Of a stretch of DNA of 64,000 bases, positions 1 to 9,050 are shown in pieces. A model generated the notes under the pieces. That model was not told the DNA's origin, did no database searches, and was given only the letters and a program-made list of their open reading frames with translations. Position 1 is the stretch's first letter; each line of letters opens with the position of its first letter. The stretch is from contig JBEKOM010000001.1 in assembly GCA_049521795.1 (NCBI GenBank), positions 352,001 through 416,000 of the forward strand. The letters run 5' to 3'. Both the position numbers and the translations under genes were made by a program. The stretch is from Candidatus Bathyarchaeia archaeon (GTDB taxonomy: Archaea; Thermoproteota; Bathyarchaeia; Bathyarchaeales; Bathycorpusculaceae).

Positions 1-120
1 GCTGGCCACTCCGAGGACGCCGCATCCCCCTTCAGCCACTTTCTCATAGACCAGATCATTGGAGTGGTCTGCACCGCACTCTTTCCTTGGAACATTTGGA
101 TTTTGATCGTTTCTATCCAC
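1..120 (-). CDS. Glutamate synthase amidotransferase (GltB1-like) subunit, N-terminus only (runs off window)
   Basis: Manual translation from GTG at 120: MDRNDQNPNVPRKECGADHSNDLVYEKVAEGGCGVLGVAS. The EGG-CGVLG Ntn-amidotransferase motif lies directly downstream of two glutamate synthase FMN-domain genes. Confidence 0.7.
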   Translation of the reverse strand, partial: MDRNDQNPNVPRKECGADHSNDLVYEKVAEGGCGVLGVAS

Positions 121-125
121 AGCTG

Positions 126-1676
126 TCACCTCAAATGGTCGAGATGAACCATGTGTCCAGTTCTGCCTTTTTTGAACTTCACTTCGTCGCGGGGTCGAAG
201 TTCTCGGATGCTCTCTAAACCCAGCTTCCCCAGAATGTAGCTCCACTGCCCCTTCCATGCGCTGTAAAGGTTGATTATTCTTTGAGAACCCCAGTCCACG
301 TCGATGAAATACTTAAGCGCCGCGTCCGTTGTGGCTATACCAGCCGGGCAGCCTTTTCCTCTCTCGCAGTTTTCACATCTCTTGCATCCGAGTGCGATCA
401 GTTCCGCTGTTCCGATTACCGCTCCATCAGCTCCTAAAGCTATAGCCTTAGCAACGTCAAACGCCGTCCTAATCCCACCGCTGGCCATTATCGTTATCTC
501 GTCTCTGACTCCTTCTCTTACCAAGTAGTTGTGAACGATTGGGATTGCATACTCAACCGGCATAGCAATGTTTTTCTTAGCTATGTCAGGGGCTGCCCCT
601 GTTCCGCCGTACCCGCCGTCTATTTGCAGAATGTGGGCTCCCGCGTAATAGCTGCCGATCGCTACCATGTCAACGTCTGTGGGAGTTGAAACTTTCACAG
701 AAATCAGGGCTTGAGGGTTTATGTCTTCCATCAATTGAACGTGTCTGTAGTGATCTTCAACAGAGTAAACGTTGTGAAAGGGGAATGGAGAAAACAGACT
801 TATGTAGGGGACTACCTCGCGTATTCGCGCGACATCAGGGGTGACCTTGTCAGCAAGTAAGTGTCCTCCCAGGCCGGGTTTCGCGCCCTGCGCGTATTTC
901 AGAACGATAATCTTTGTTCTCTTAACAGTGCTGGCGTTCACCCCGAAGTGGCCAGTGGCAACTTGCGTTATGACGTGATTCTTGTACTGGATTAACTCGT
1001 CAGGGTAGCCGCCTTCACCCGTGCTGGTGAAGGTGTTCCAGGCCTCAGCTGCTTTGGCTCTTGCAAGCATCACGTTCAAGCTCACGGAGCCATAGGACAT
1101 GTCACCGCCGTAGACTGGAATGGGAATCTTGATGTCTGGTCGTCCATCATTTCTCTTGTTCAGAACTATTGAGGTGTCCCTGTCCTCTTCGTTATACAGC
1201 TCGTCGTCGCAGAGTCCTTTGTCATGCAGTTCAAAATCAAATCGCAGCTTGTCAAAACCTCCTCCAGAGCCTCCGACTCTGTGCTCGTATTTTTTTGATA
1301 CGTTTCCGACTTCAGCCTGTTCCCAAGTTGACATTACCAAGTCAGCGGTCCATCGTAGGTCGCCGAGGGCAAGGTACTGTGGGCTGAGTTTAACGGACAA
1401 AGCCTTGTCTGGGCACTCGTTCACGCATCGGTTACAAGAAAAGCCTTCACAAGAAATCTTTGGAACGGCTAGGCGCAGGTATCCACTGGGCTTCTTGTAA
1501 GCTTCATAATCGATCGATGAAGATCCTATGCACGATGGGCAGACTTCGGCGCATTTTCCGCACATTGAGCATTTGGACCTGTCCATTATCACTTCATACT
1601 TTTCTATTGAGCTTGGAAATTGAAAAGGGGCGGGTTTTACTTCTGGCGTTTGAGAAAGAAGTTCTTTTTGCATCAT
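126..1676 (-). CDS. Glutamate synthase FMN-binding subunit (archaeal GltB2-like) with N-terminal ferredoxin domain
   Basis: CxxCxxCxxxCP motifs, MSYGS, TGEGG, KYAQGAKPGLGGHL, DGGYGGTGAAP, SGGIR and CxxCxxC(x4)CP cluster motif. Confidence 0.9.
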   Translation of the reverse strand: MMQKELLSQTPEVKPAPFQFPSSIEKYEVIMDRSKCSMCGKCAEVCPSCIGSSSIDYEAYKKPSGYLRLAVPKISCEGFSCNRCVNECPDKALSVKLSPQYLALGDLRWTADLVMSTWEQAEVGNVSKKYEHRVGGSGGGFDKLRFDFELHDKGLCDDELYNEEDRDTSIVLNKRNDGRPDIKIPIPVYGGDMSYGSVSLNVMLARAKAAEAWNTFTSTGEGGYPDELIQYKNHVITQVATGHFGVNASTVKRTKIIVLKYAQGAKPGLGGHLLADKVTPDVARIREVVPYISLFSPFPFHNVYSVEDHYRHVQLMEDINPQALISVKVSTPTDVDMVAIGSYYAGAHILQIDGGYGGTGAAPDIAKKNIAMPVEYAIPIVHNYLVREGVRDEITIMASGGIRTAFDVAKAIALGADGAVIGTAELIALGCKRCENCERGKGCPAGIATTDAALKYFIDVDWGSQRIINLYSAWKGQWSYILGKLGLESIRELRPRDEVKFKKGRTGHMVHLDHLR

Positions 1677-3058
1677 TCTTTGTCACCGAAAATCTTTGTT
1701 TCAAGGTCCTCATAGAACATCGCTCTGCCAAGCTCGCCTGTTTGTCTTCTGACTTCTCGCAAGCCCATTCCTCCGAGCACTTCCAGCAGTTGGTCCCTCC
1801 ATGAGCCGACCAGGTTTGTGATTCTCTGGGTTGCCAGTTCCACGTCTCCATCTTCCAGATTCATCGGGCAGTCTTGGCTGTGCTTATTTCCATGGCAGAC
1901 TTTGCATCCGAGGGCGATTTGGTATGCTATTCCGACCGCGACAGCATTGGCCCCGAGAATTATGGATTTAGGAACATGGGCTGCCTCCGCTATTCCTCCG
2001 CTGGAGACTAGAGTGATCTTGTCCCGATTGCGTTTGTCGACGAGATGTGAGTGAACAGAGAGAATGGCTCTTTTTATTTCGTCAGGGTCTCGCTCGACAG
2101 CTCCGTCGTCAACGTGAAGGTGAAGGATGTCGCCTCCCATCTCAGCAATTGCATCCGCTCTTTCGGGCGCCTCTTTATCATAAGACAAGTAGAAAGAGAC
2201 TAACACTGAAGGATTGGTCGCTTTGACCTTCTTTAACTGATCCTTCATGTCGTCATCCTTAAAGTCAACTTCAACGATCTGCGACGTTTTGATCAGATCT
2301 TCAAACTCATCTATTGCATCTGAGTTAATTCTGGGTATCAGATTTGCTTTGTAACGAGCTAGGCCGGAGGAATATTCTCTTGCGTTCACTATGGCAAATG
2401 TCTTGAGCCCAGTGGCAGCCTTTGCCAAAGCTAATTGGAGACTCTGACCTGTTTCGCAACTGAGCGGAGCATCAAAAATCATGGGTATAGGAATCTCTAC
2501 AGTTTTGGGAACGTTGGAAACCAGCTTCTCATTCTCATCAAACTCAAGGGATTGGAGTCTTCTTCCCAAATCTACCGAAGTCGAAATGTACTCTCTACCG
2601 TGAATTCCATCCCTTGTCGGTCTAACTATCTCTGAAAAATCGAACCAGATGCTGTCAAAACCCTCTCCCGCGAAAGGCCCGGTATAACCGGCGCCAGAAA
2701 CAGGAACCCTGCCGGTTTCTGCTTCAAAGTAGATCGTCTTTATTCTTTCTGGAGAAAAATAGGAATTTCCTAATTTTCCAAATTGAGGGTTGATTCCGAT
2801 CGAAATGGCGCCCTTTGGACATTTTAAGACACACATGTAACATCCCCTGCACAGATCTTGGATAGGCTCTGCAATCTGCTCGCCCTCGGTCGCTTCGTGA
2901 ACACCGTATATGCAAGCTTGGGTGCATTCCTGAGCATTTGTGCAGTTGTTATAGCGATTGACTATGTACTTTGGAGGCAATTTGATTTTTGGCGGTGCAT
3001 CTTTCACCGTTATGTGGTATCTTTCGTAGACGGATTTCATTAAGAGCACCTGGTCCAA
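1673..3058 (-). CDS. Glutamate synthase-related protein (ferredoxin plus degenerate FMN barrel)
   Basis: N-terminal Fe-S motifs, SEIVRPTRDGIHGRE, SSGGI and LLEVLGGMGLREVRR; 4-bp overlap with the next gene. Confidence 0.8.
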   Translation of the reverse strand: MDQVLLMKSVYERYHITVKDAPPKIKLPPKYIVNRYNNCTNAQECTQACIYGVHEATEGEQIAEPIQDLCRGCYMCVLKCPKGAISIGINPQFGKLGNSYFSPERIKTIYFEAETGRVPVSGAGYTGPFAGEGFDSIWFDFSEIVRPTRDGIHGREYISTSVDLGRRLQSLEFDENEKLVSNVPKTVEIPIPMIFDAPLSCETGQSLQLALAKAATGLKTFAIVNAREYSSGLARYKANLIPRINSDAIDEFEDLIKTSQIVEVDFKDDDMKDQLKKVKATNPSVLVSFYLSYDKEAPERADAIAEMGGDILHLHVDDGAVERDPDEIKRAILSVHSHLVDKRNRDKITLVSSGGIAEAAHVPKSIILGANAVAVGIAYQIALGCKVCHGNKHSQDCPMNLEDGDVELATQRITNLVGSWRDQLLEVLGGMGLREVRRQTGELGRAMFYEDLETKIFGDKE

Positions 3059-3340
3059 GAGTCGCAGTTCGGGATTGTTTGAAGCCTAATGTGTGTCATG
3101 GTGTTACCTTAATGTGCAAATTAATAATATATTGAAGTTGGGATGTACACATAAAAACTTTATTGCCATTTTGGAAGTCAAATGTTAAGCAAACAATGTG
3201 AATATTGGATGAACGTACAGTAACGCTTCTTTAACCAAGCATTGGACGGAACAAACGTCAAAATCTTCGTTGACTGCTGATGTTAAACTTTCGTTCAAGC
3301 TCTCGATTTAGTGATGGATGCGGATTGGATTTTCATAGTT

Positions 3341-4357
3341 TCATAGGTCGTGAATTACCCCCGGTGTTTTGGGAAAAACCTGCGTCTCTCCGATGTGCTT
3401 GGCTCCAACTATCCAGCTGACGAGTCTTTCTATGCCTATTCCAGCGCCGGCTGAGGGTTTCAGTCTTCCCTCTTTGGCGAGTTTCAGCAACAGCTTGTAG
3501 TTCTCCTTTCTCACGCCGTCTCTATCCATTTTTAGGGCCATCTTATCGTATTCGAACTCCCTTTTTGCACCGGACAAGACCTCTCCGTATCCCGGCAGGT
3601 ACAGGTCGTAGTTGTCCCATTTGCCGCTCTCGAGGTCCTCAAAATCGTAGAATTCTCGGGGAATGTTAGTCACCCAAACAGGGTCCTCAGTTTTGTACGG
3701 TATCTGGAGTTCCCATCCTGTTCCATAGTCCTCTTCAAGCTCTGCCCTATCGCAAACTCTGAAAGGTGTTCTTGGTGTTTTTAAACCGTCATTTTCTCTC
3801 AGAAAGAGCAGCTCGTCCTTCATGTTCGTTTTCAAACTTTCTATCAGTCGCCAAACGATTGTTTCGACCAAGCTTCTGACATCCTGTGATGTCGTGTTTC
3901 TGGCTTCGAAATCGAGTTGAGTGAACTCGTAGGCGTGCATTCCGGTGGCTGCCCTTTCACTTTTTTCTATCCTTACGTTTGGGGAAAGTATGAATAGTTT
4001 AGGAACGGCTAAGGAGCAAGCGACCATCTTGTGGATTATCATGCTTGTTGTTGTTCTGACTGTTTTCCCGTAGATTTCGACCTCGATGCGTTTTTCAATG
4101 GATGCGCATGAATCTGGCCACAGAGGATCCGTTGACTGCGAAAATATGACCGGTAACATCCATTCAAAGTCGTTATCCGTGAATTCTTGAGTGAGGTACT
4201 TTAAAGTGTAAGTCATGATCCTGCTAATTCGCTGCTTTCGTTGAATTTCATATTCAGACAACTCTTCCAAGGGCTTGGGCAACTCGGCAACCGTAAGACT
4301 TCGCTGCGGACAGAAACGTTTTTCACTCATCCAACCATCTTCTTGGTTTCGGCACAT
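3341..4357 (-). CDS. Archaeal asparagine synthetase A (AsnRS-like catalytic domain lacking the anticodon domain)
   Basis: Class II aaRS motif 2 (SPNVRIE...HAYEFTQLDFE), GEVLSGAKRE and motif 3 GAGIGIERL; no N-terminal OB fold. Confidence 0.85.
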   Translation of the reverse strand: MCRNQEDGWMSEKRFCPQRSLTVAELPKPLEELSEYEIQRKQRISRIMTYTLKYLTQEFTDNDFEWMLPVIFSQSTDPLWPDSCASIEKRIEVEIYGKTVRTTTSMIIHKMVACSLAVPKLFILSPNVRIEKSERAATGMHAYEFTQLDFEARNTTSQDVRSLVETIVWRLIESLKTNMKDELLFLRENDGLKTPRTPFRVCDRAELEEDYGTGWELQIPYKTEDPVWVTNIPREFYDFEDLESGKWDNYDLYLPGYGEVLSGAKREFEYDKMALKMDRDGVRKENYKLLLKLAKEGRLKPSAGAGIGIERLVSWIVGAKHIGETQVFPKTPGVIHDL

Positions 4358-4419
4358 CTTGTTAACACAGATTAACCAGCCTTAATGCCTGTAAGAAAGA
4401 GTGCGCTGGGTAATAAATT

Positions 4420-4466
4420 TTTTATAAGAAAAATTGGAATTTTCTCAGAAAAAGATAGCTTTTTAT
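4420..4466. promoter_or_regulatory. Divergent asnA/lrp promoter region with putative operator repeats
   Basis: TATA-like boxes on both strands (TTATAAAA on minus near 4420-4427; TTTTTAT near 4460-4466). AGAAAA-N7-TTTTCT at 4427-4445 is followed by AGAAAA-N7-TTTTTA at 4447-4465. Confidence 0.45.
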
Positions 4467-4491
4467 GCCAATAGATGTAATAATTACAAAT

Positions 4492-4992
4492 ATGGAAGCG
4501 AAGCTCGACGAGAAAGATGTAGCAATCTTGACGCTTATACAAAGAGACTGCAAACTCACGGCAAGGGAGATCGCGAGAAGAGTTGACTCGCCGATAACGA
4601 CTGTTTTTGCGAAGATAAAGCGCATGGAAGAGCTGGGCATCATCAAAGGGTGCAAGGCAATTTTGGATTCGACAAAGCTTGACCGCGGTGCAACCGCTTT
4701 CATTTTGGCTTCCGTTTCTTATGAAACGAAAAATGATGGTACTCAAGTCTCTCAGAGGAGCATGGCCAAAGACATCGCAAGGTTTCCAGAGGTCCAAGAA
4801 GTTCACATAATTACAGGGGATTGGGATCTGCTGATAAAAGTCAAAGGCAAAGATGTGGACGCGGTTGGAAAATTTGTTATTGACAGGTTAAGGATGGTCA
4901 GGGGAATAGAGAAAACCCTAACGTGCATGGTTTTCGAAACTTGCAAGGAAACCACAGAAATAGACGTTGATCCAAAACTCATTAAAGGGTAG
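4492..4992 (+). CDS. Lrp/AsnC family transcriptional regulator
   Basis: LDEKDVAILTLIQRD...TAREIA HTH and RAM domain (VHIITGDWDLLIKV). Start chosen at MEAKLD, about 27 nt after the TATA box. Confidence 0.92.
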   Translation: MEAKLDEKDVAILTLIQRDCKLTAREIARRVDSPITTVFAKIKRMEELGIIKGCKAILDSTKLDRGATAFILASVSYETKNDGTQVSQRSMAKDIARFPEVQEVHIITGDWDLLIKVKGKDVDAVGKFVIDRLRMVRGIEKTLTCMVFETCKETTEIDVDPKLIKG

Positions 4993-5230
4993 CGTCCGCA
5001 GCGCGCTTTTAGTTTGTCTCCACCGATTAGTCTTGGCTTGAATGCGAAACTGAAGTCTTTGACTTTTCTCACCGTTGCGGACAGAAGCCTGGCAGCGTCT
5101 GCGACATCATTTGCATCCAGCACTTCGTACGAATAAGCAGGGTGAAACCTCGCCCGACACGGCTAGCCTCCCGCTCTCACTGTTTATATGTTTTGTTGAT
5201 ACATTCTGTTTATACACGAGGGCGAAGCAC

Positions 5231-5566
5231 ATGCCCAAAGAGTTTAAGGCCTTCAGGTTTAACTCTCAACTCTACGCGAGTTTTAAGGAGTTAGCATCCA
5301 AGAACGGCTACACTGTCACCGGCGCTCTGGAGAAGTTCATGAGCTCCGCTGTTGAACACGGCCTGGTTTTTCCGTCAACCGCCCAGCTTGAAGATGTGGA
5401 GCGTGAAGCCAGGATTATGCTGACGTGGCTCCGAAAAGGCGATAACTGGGTCAATCTCGACGGCAAAGAAGAAACGAGCACAAAAGGTAGACTATTGGCC
5501 CTGCTTACGAAAGTCAAGGATGCCGCGTTGAAAACGCAGATTACAGAGGCTCTTGAGAAATCCTAG
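5231..5566 (+). CDS. Hypothetical protein with probable ribbon-helix-helix N-terminus
   Basis: MPKEFKAFRFNSQLYASFKELASKNGYTVTGALEKFM has an RHH pattern; TATA-like sequence upstream. Confidence 0.55.
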   Translation: MPKEFKAFRFNSQLYASFKELASKNGYTVTGALEKFMSSAVEHGLVFPSTAQLEDVEREARIMLTWLRKGDNWVNLDGKEETSTKGRLLALLTKVKDAALKTQITEALEKS

Positions 5567-5812
5567 CGAGTTGCACTTTCAGCCTGCAACTCTCCAATCC
5601 AAAAGCTCTCAACTCCTGAGGTTCTCACACACGCTAGTTATTTCCCGCAAAACGATAGTTCCTAGAGAAGTCTGAACCGAGGGTTCGAAGCTCAAACTAT
5701 CGTTCCCAATGTTTTTATTAGTAAACGCGTCCTCCGATTTTGACCATGCTTTCAGAGCAGCTCAAATTAGACTTCTGTAGCTAAAATAACCTCATAATAT
5801 GCTTGAACTTGA

Positions 5813-5890
5813 TGGTGCTCCGGCCGGGATTTGGACCCGGGTCTCCGGCTCGAAAGGCCGGAATACTTAACCGGGCTATACTACCGGAGC
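5813..5890 (-). tRNA. tRNA-Glu(TTC), CCA encoded
   Basis: Reverse complement GCTCCGGTAGTATAGCCCGGTTAAGTATTCCGGCCTTTCGAGCCGGAGACCCGGGTCCAAATCCCGGCCGGAGCACCA folds as a cloverleaf with anticodon TTC. Confidence 0.93.
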
Positions 5891-5938
5891 GCTTTAGCCC
5901 GATGCATCATCCAGAGTATTTCTTCGTTCGAATAAAGG

Positions 5939-7111
5939 TTACCGTTGGAATGCTGCTCTCAAGCACTCTTTCATCGGGCTAAGGATTGTTTCCGCTTTAC
6001 TTAGCGTTGGCGCGTAGTAAGCTGTTTTCGCGGAGTTGGTCATGATGGTCTCTATGCCGAGTTTTTCGGTCCAGGAAACGACCGTGCACACGCCCGCCAA
6101 CACTTGGCCTCCGCTTCTCTCTATTTCGTTGACGTAGTCTTTGGCGGCTTCTTTGATGTGGCTTGAGGTGCAGACCCAGAACTCTGTTTCATGCTTTACT
6201 TTCTTTCCCTGAACGGTTTGAGCGATTTGTTTCATCTCGGCTAGGGAGCAGTGTGGGCATCCTATGAAGACTAGGTCACACTTCTTGCACGATGCGGTTG
6301 ACAATTCTTCGACCGTGCGTCTTATGTCCTTGGCTACTACGTTTATTCTTTCAATTCCTTTTGTCTCTGACCGTGCGTTACAGCGAAACATGTTTGTCAT
6401 GCCTGTCGTGGCCACAGCGGCGCTTAGCTGTTTTAAGCTATCTTTTGAGGTTTTTTTCAGGCCTTGAATGATGGGAATCTTGTCTCTCAGCATCTTGCCT
6501 AGAAGGATTCCTAAAGCTCCGAACTCTGTCTCGTTCTGCATTTGGGTTTCAACGTTTACTAGGAGGTTTGGTTGTCGGTTCTCAGCTCTGTGCATTCCGT
6601 AGTCTGGAGTTTTGCCCATCAATGCTGCGGCGAGTGCGCTTGGTCCGCCCTCGCGGTTTGTCCATGCGCCGAGAACAGAGTTGGCGTAGACTACGGCTGA
6701 GGATTCGGCCCATGCAAGGTGAGACTCATGTTTCGGCTTTTCTAGGTAGTATGGCGTGCACGTTAGGGATTTTGTTGTGCCCATTCTTTCAAACTGTTTG
6801 AGGATGTTGAGTTGTTTCTCGCGCAGAGTCTTGGGCAACCTTTTTGCCAGGTGTTCTGGGTCGAGGCTCTGCGGGTTGAGTGTGGTTTTGACTTTTACCT
6901 TGGCACCGGCACCTGCTAACGCCCGGAGGAACTCTACTGGGGCGTCGCCTAACGTTTTGTATGAGACGCCGGAAACGTGCGCTGAGCTTATCGGGATCAG
7001 CTTTTCAGCGTTGAACAGGTCGCCTAGACGGGTGAGTATTTTCATGCAGGTCTGGTTTGCCCATCCGCGTTCGCCGTTGAGGATTCGTTCCTCTTCTTTA
7101 GTCAAGTACAC
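5939..7111 (-). CDS. Aconitase X catalytic subunit (probable mevalonate-5-phosphate dehydratase large subunit)
   Basis: SSAHVSGVSY, TCTPY, AWAESSAVVYANSVLGAWTNREGG, IGCPHCS and TNSAKTAYY motifs. Confidence 0.9.
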   Translation of the reverse strand: MYLTKEEERILNGERGWANQTCMKILTRLGDLFNAEKLIPISSAHVSGVSYKTLGDAPVEFLRALAGAGAKVKVKTTLNPQSLDPEHLAKRLPKTLREKQLNILKQFERMGTTKSLTCTPYYLEKPKHESHLAWAESSAVVYANSVLGAWTNREGGPSALAAALMGKTPDYGMHRAENRQPNLLVNVETQMQNETEFGALGILLGKMLRDKIPIIQGLKKTSKDSLKQLSAAVATTGMTNMFRCNARSETKGIERINVVAKDIRRTVEELSTASCKKCDLVFIGCPHCSLAEMKQIAQTVQGKKVKHETEFWVCTSSHIKEAAKDYVNEIERSGGQVLAGVCTVVSWTEKLGIETIMTNSAKTAYYAPTLSKAETILSPMKECLRAAFQR

Positions 7112-7118
7112 GTGTTTG

Positions 7119-7532
7119 CTAGGTCCCCCTTCGTCTTACGATTTTGGCAACGCCTTTGTACGCGTCGACTTCAACCGTGTCGCCGGTCTTGATTTTTCTG
7201 ATGTCCACCTGATCCATCATGGGAACGTTCGCTATTATTGCGCCGACTACGACAACAGAGTCGGCGGTCTGGTTGATTATTGCCTTCGGTGCAAGTCCTT
7301 TCTTGGCCAGAGAGTAGAGCACGTAGCTGCCGACTGTTGAGCCGTGGCCATGGGGGAAGCACAGAACTGTGTCTTTTATGCAAAGGCCGCACAGGTCATG
7401 TTTTTTCTCGATTATTTTGCCGTCCGCCGGGTCAACTCCGCCTAGGAAACTGATCGGTTTTGTGCTGACCAGGGCTTCTGCCCTGCAGCGGCCTTCAACG
7501 ATGGCTCGGCCCTTCAAAACAATCGATGGCAT
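7119..7532 (-). CDS. Aconitase X swivel subunit (DUF126)
   Basis: ISFLGGVDP and GHGSTVGSYVLY; adjacent to the AcnX large subunit. Confidence 0.9.
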   Translation of the reverse strand: MPSIVLKGRAIVEGRCRAEALVSTKPISFLGGVDPADGKIIEKKHDLCGLCIKDTVLCFPHGHGSTVGSYVLYSLAKKGLAPKAIINQTADSVVVVGAIIANVPMMDQVDIRKIKTGDTVEVDAYKGVAKIVRRRGT

Positions 7533-7544
7533 TTTTGAAAGCCT

Positions 7545-8825
7545 TCAGTAAGAGATCTTTGCTGATGAGGGGATCCTGCCCAAGACCTTTGTGGCTGCGG
7601 TGCTCACTTTTTCGCGTTCCTCCGCCATTGTGTATACGCGCAGTATGTTCATGAACCCTTTTAGCGTTTCGAAGATTCTTGAGATTTCGCTTAGGCGTTG
7701 TGGTATCTTCTTTCCCTGTGGTGTCTTGATGAACACTGGGATCTCCATACTTTCCGTTAGCACCGAATGTTCGTACGGGACAGACGGAACAGTGGGTACG
7801 TCGATGATGACAGCCTCTGTTTGGACGTTTGCTTCTTCGGCGATTTCGGATTGTAACTGTTTCCTGTATGATTCGCGGCTGAAGATGTTTGAAATCATCG
7901 TGTCTTTTTCGTAGAAGGTCTTTTCGTAGGCGCACTTGAGCATTTTTCTGTTTTCGAGGTCACGGATGATCTTTTTGGATTTTGTGCAGTCTTTCAGCTT
8001 CGCGTATACGGTGTAGTCGTCCATGGCTAAGTACTGCTCTGGAGTTTTGAAACGCGTGAAACCGAGTTCTTCGTTTGCGTTCTCCATGGCCGTGGCGAGC
8101 ATTATCTGCGCGGCTCTGCCGACTCGGTGGAAGTATATGCTCTTGAAGGATTCTATGCGGGCTATTAAGAGCGATTCTAAGGCTGAGAGTGCGCCTACCT
8201 CGACTGCCAAGTTTTCGCCGAGTACGTCTAAGGTGTGGATCAGTCGGTAGACGTCGATGTACCCGTACTCTGCGCCCGTGTGGTACGTGTCTCGAACGAT
8301 GAAGTCCTGCTTGTCAACGTCAACCGTGCTGCTTATTATCTGGTCTAGGAAGGCTTTCTTGGGTTTGTGCAGTTTTCCCACTGCGAGTTTTCCAACGTCC
8401 TGCGGGTTGTAGCCTGCCCTTCTTATGATATCGTTCAGTTCGCTCTTCTGGATTATCCATGTTGTTAGGTCTTCATGGGTCTTGTCAAGCTCCTTGTTGA
8501 GCAGGTACTCGAACACGTGTGAAAACGGGCCGTGCCCAACGTCGTGAAGCAAGGCTGCAACTCTGAGCGTTTCTGCCTCGTCCTTGCTCACGTACTGTGA
8601 AATGTTTGGGTTCTCAGCCACTCTGCCTGCCAAGTACATTACGCCGACAGAATGTTCGAAACGCGTGTGGTTTGCTCCGGGATAAACGTACTCTGCGCCT
8701 GCGAGCTGGCGCAGTCTGTGCAGCCTCTGAACAGGGTAGGAGTCGATGATCGTTTTCTCTTCCTGCGTTATGTACACGTAGCCGTGCACTGGATCCTTTA
8801 TTTCGCCCCAATATTCAATGGGCAT
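7545..8825 (-). CDS. HD-domain phosphohydrolase (dNTP triphosphohydrolase/SAMHD1-like)
   Basis: IKDPVHGY, QRLHRLRQL, HTRFEHS, LLHDVGHGPFSH and DVDKQDFIVRD. Confidence 0.9.
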   Translation of the reverse strand: MPIEYWGEIKDPVHGYVYITQEEKTIIDSYPVQRLHRLRQLAGAEYVYPGANHTRFEHSVGVMYLAGRVAENPNISQYVSKDEAETLRVAALLHDVGHGPFSHVFEYLLNKELDKTHEDLTTWIIQKSELNDIIRRAGYNPQDVGKLAVGKLHKPKKAFLDQIISSTVDVDKQDFIVRDTYHTGAEYGYIDVYRLIHTLDVLGENLAVEVGALSALESLLIARIESFKSIYFHRVGRAAQIMLATAMENANEELGFTRFKTPEQYLAMDDYTVYAKLKDCTKSKKIIRDLENRKMLKCAYEKTFYEKDTMISNIFSRESYRKQLQSEIAEEANVQTEAVIIDVPTVPSVPYEHSVLTESMEIPVFIKTPQGKKIPQRLSEISRIFETLKGFMNILRVYTMAEEREKVSTAATKVLGRIPSSAKISY

Positions 8826-9050
8826 CGATCTTTCCCCAAATGATCTTGATCAGTCACTAATGCAGCTTCGCTCTTATAATGCCTGATGTTAGTTTCCTAA
8901 GACGTGCGCGCACAGGGTCGGAATAACCCGAGGAGGGCGTTGAGGTAGGAGCTCATGAGAGAATCTGCACTTTTCTTCAAAGCACATGATTTTGCGATCG
9001 AAGCATGCCTTGCTGCAGTCAATTCTATAAGAGGTTACGTGTGATATTAT

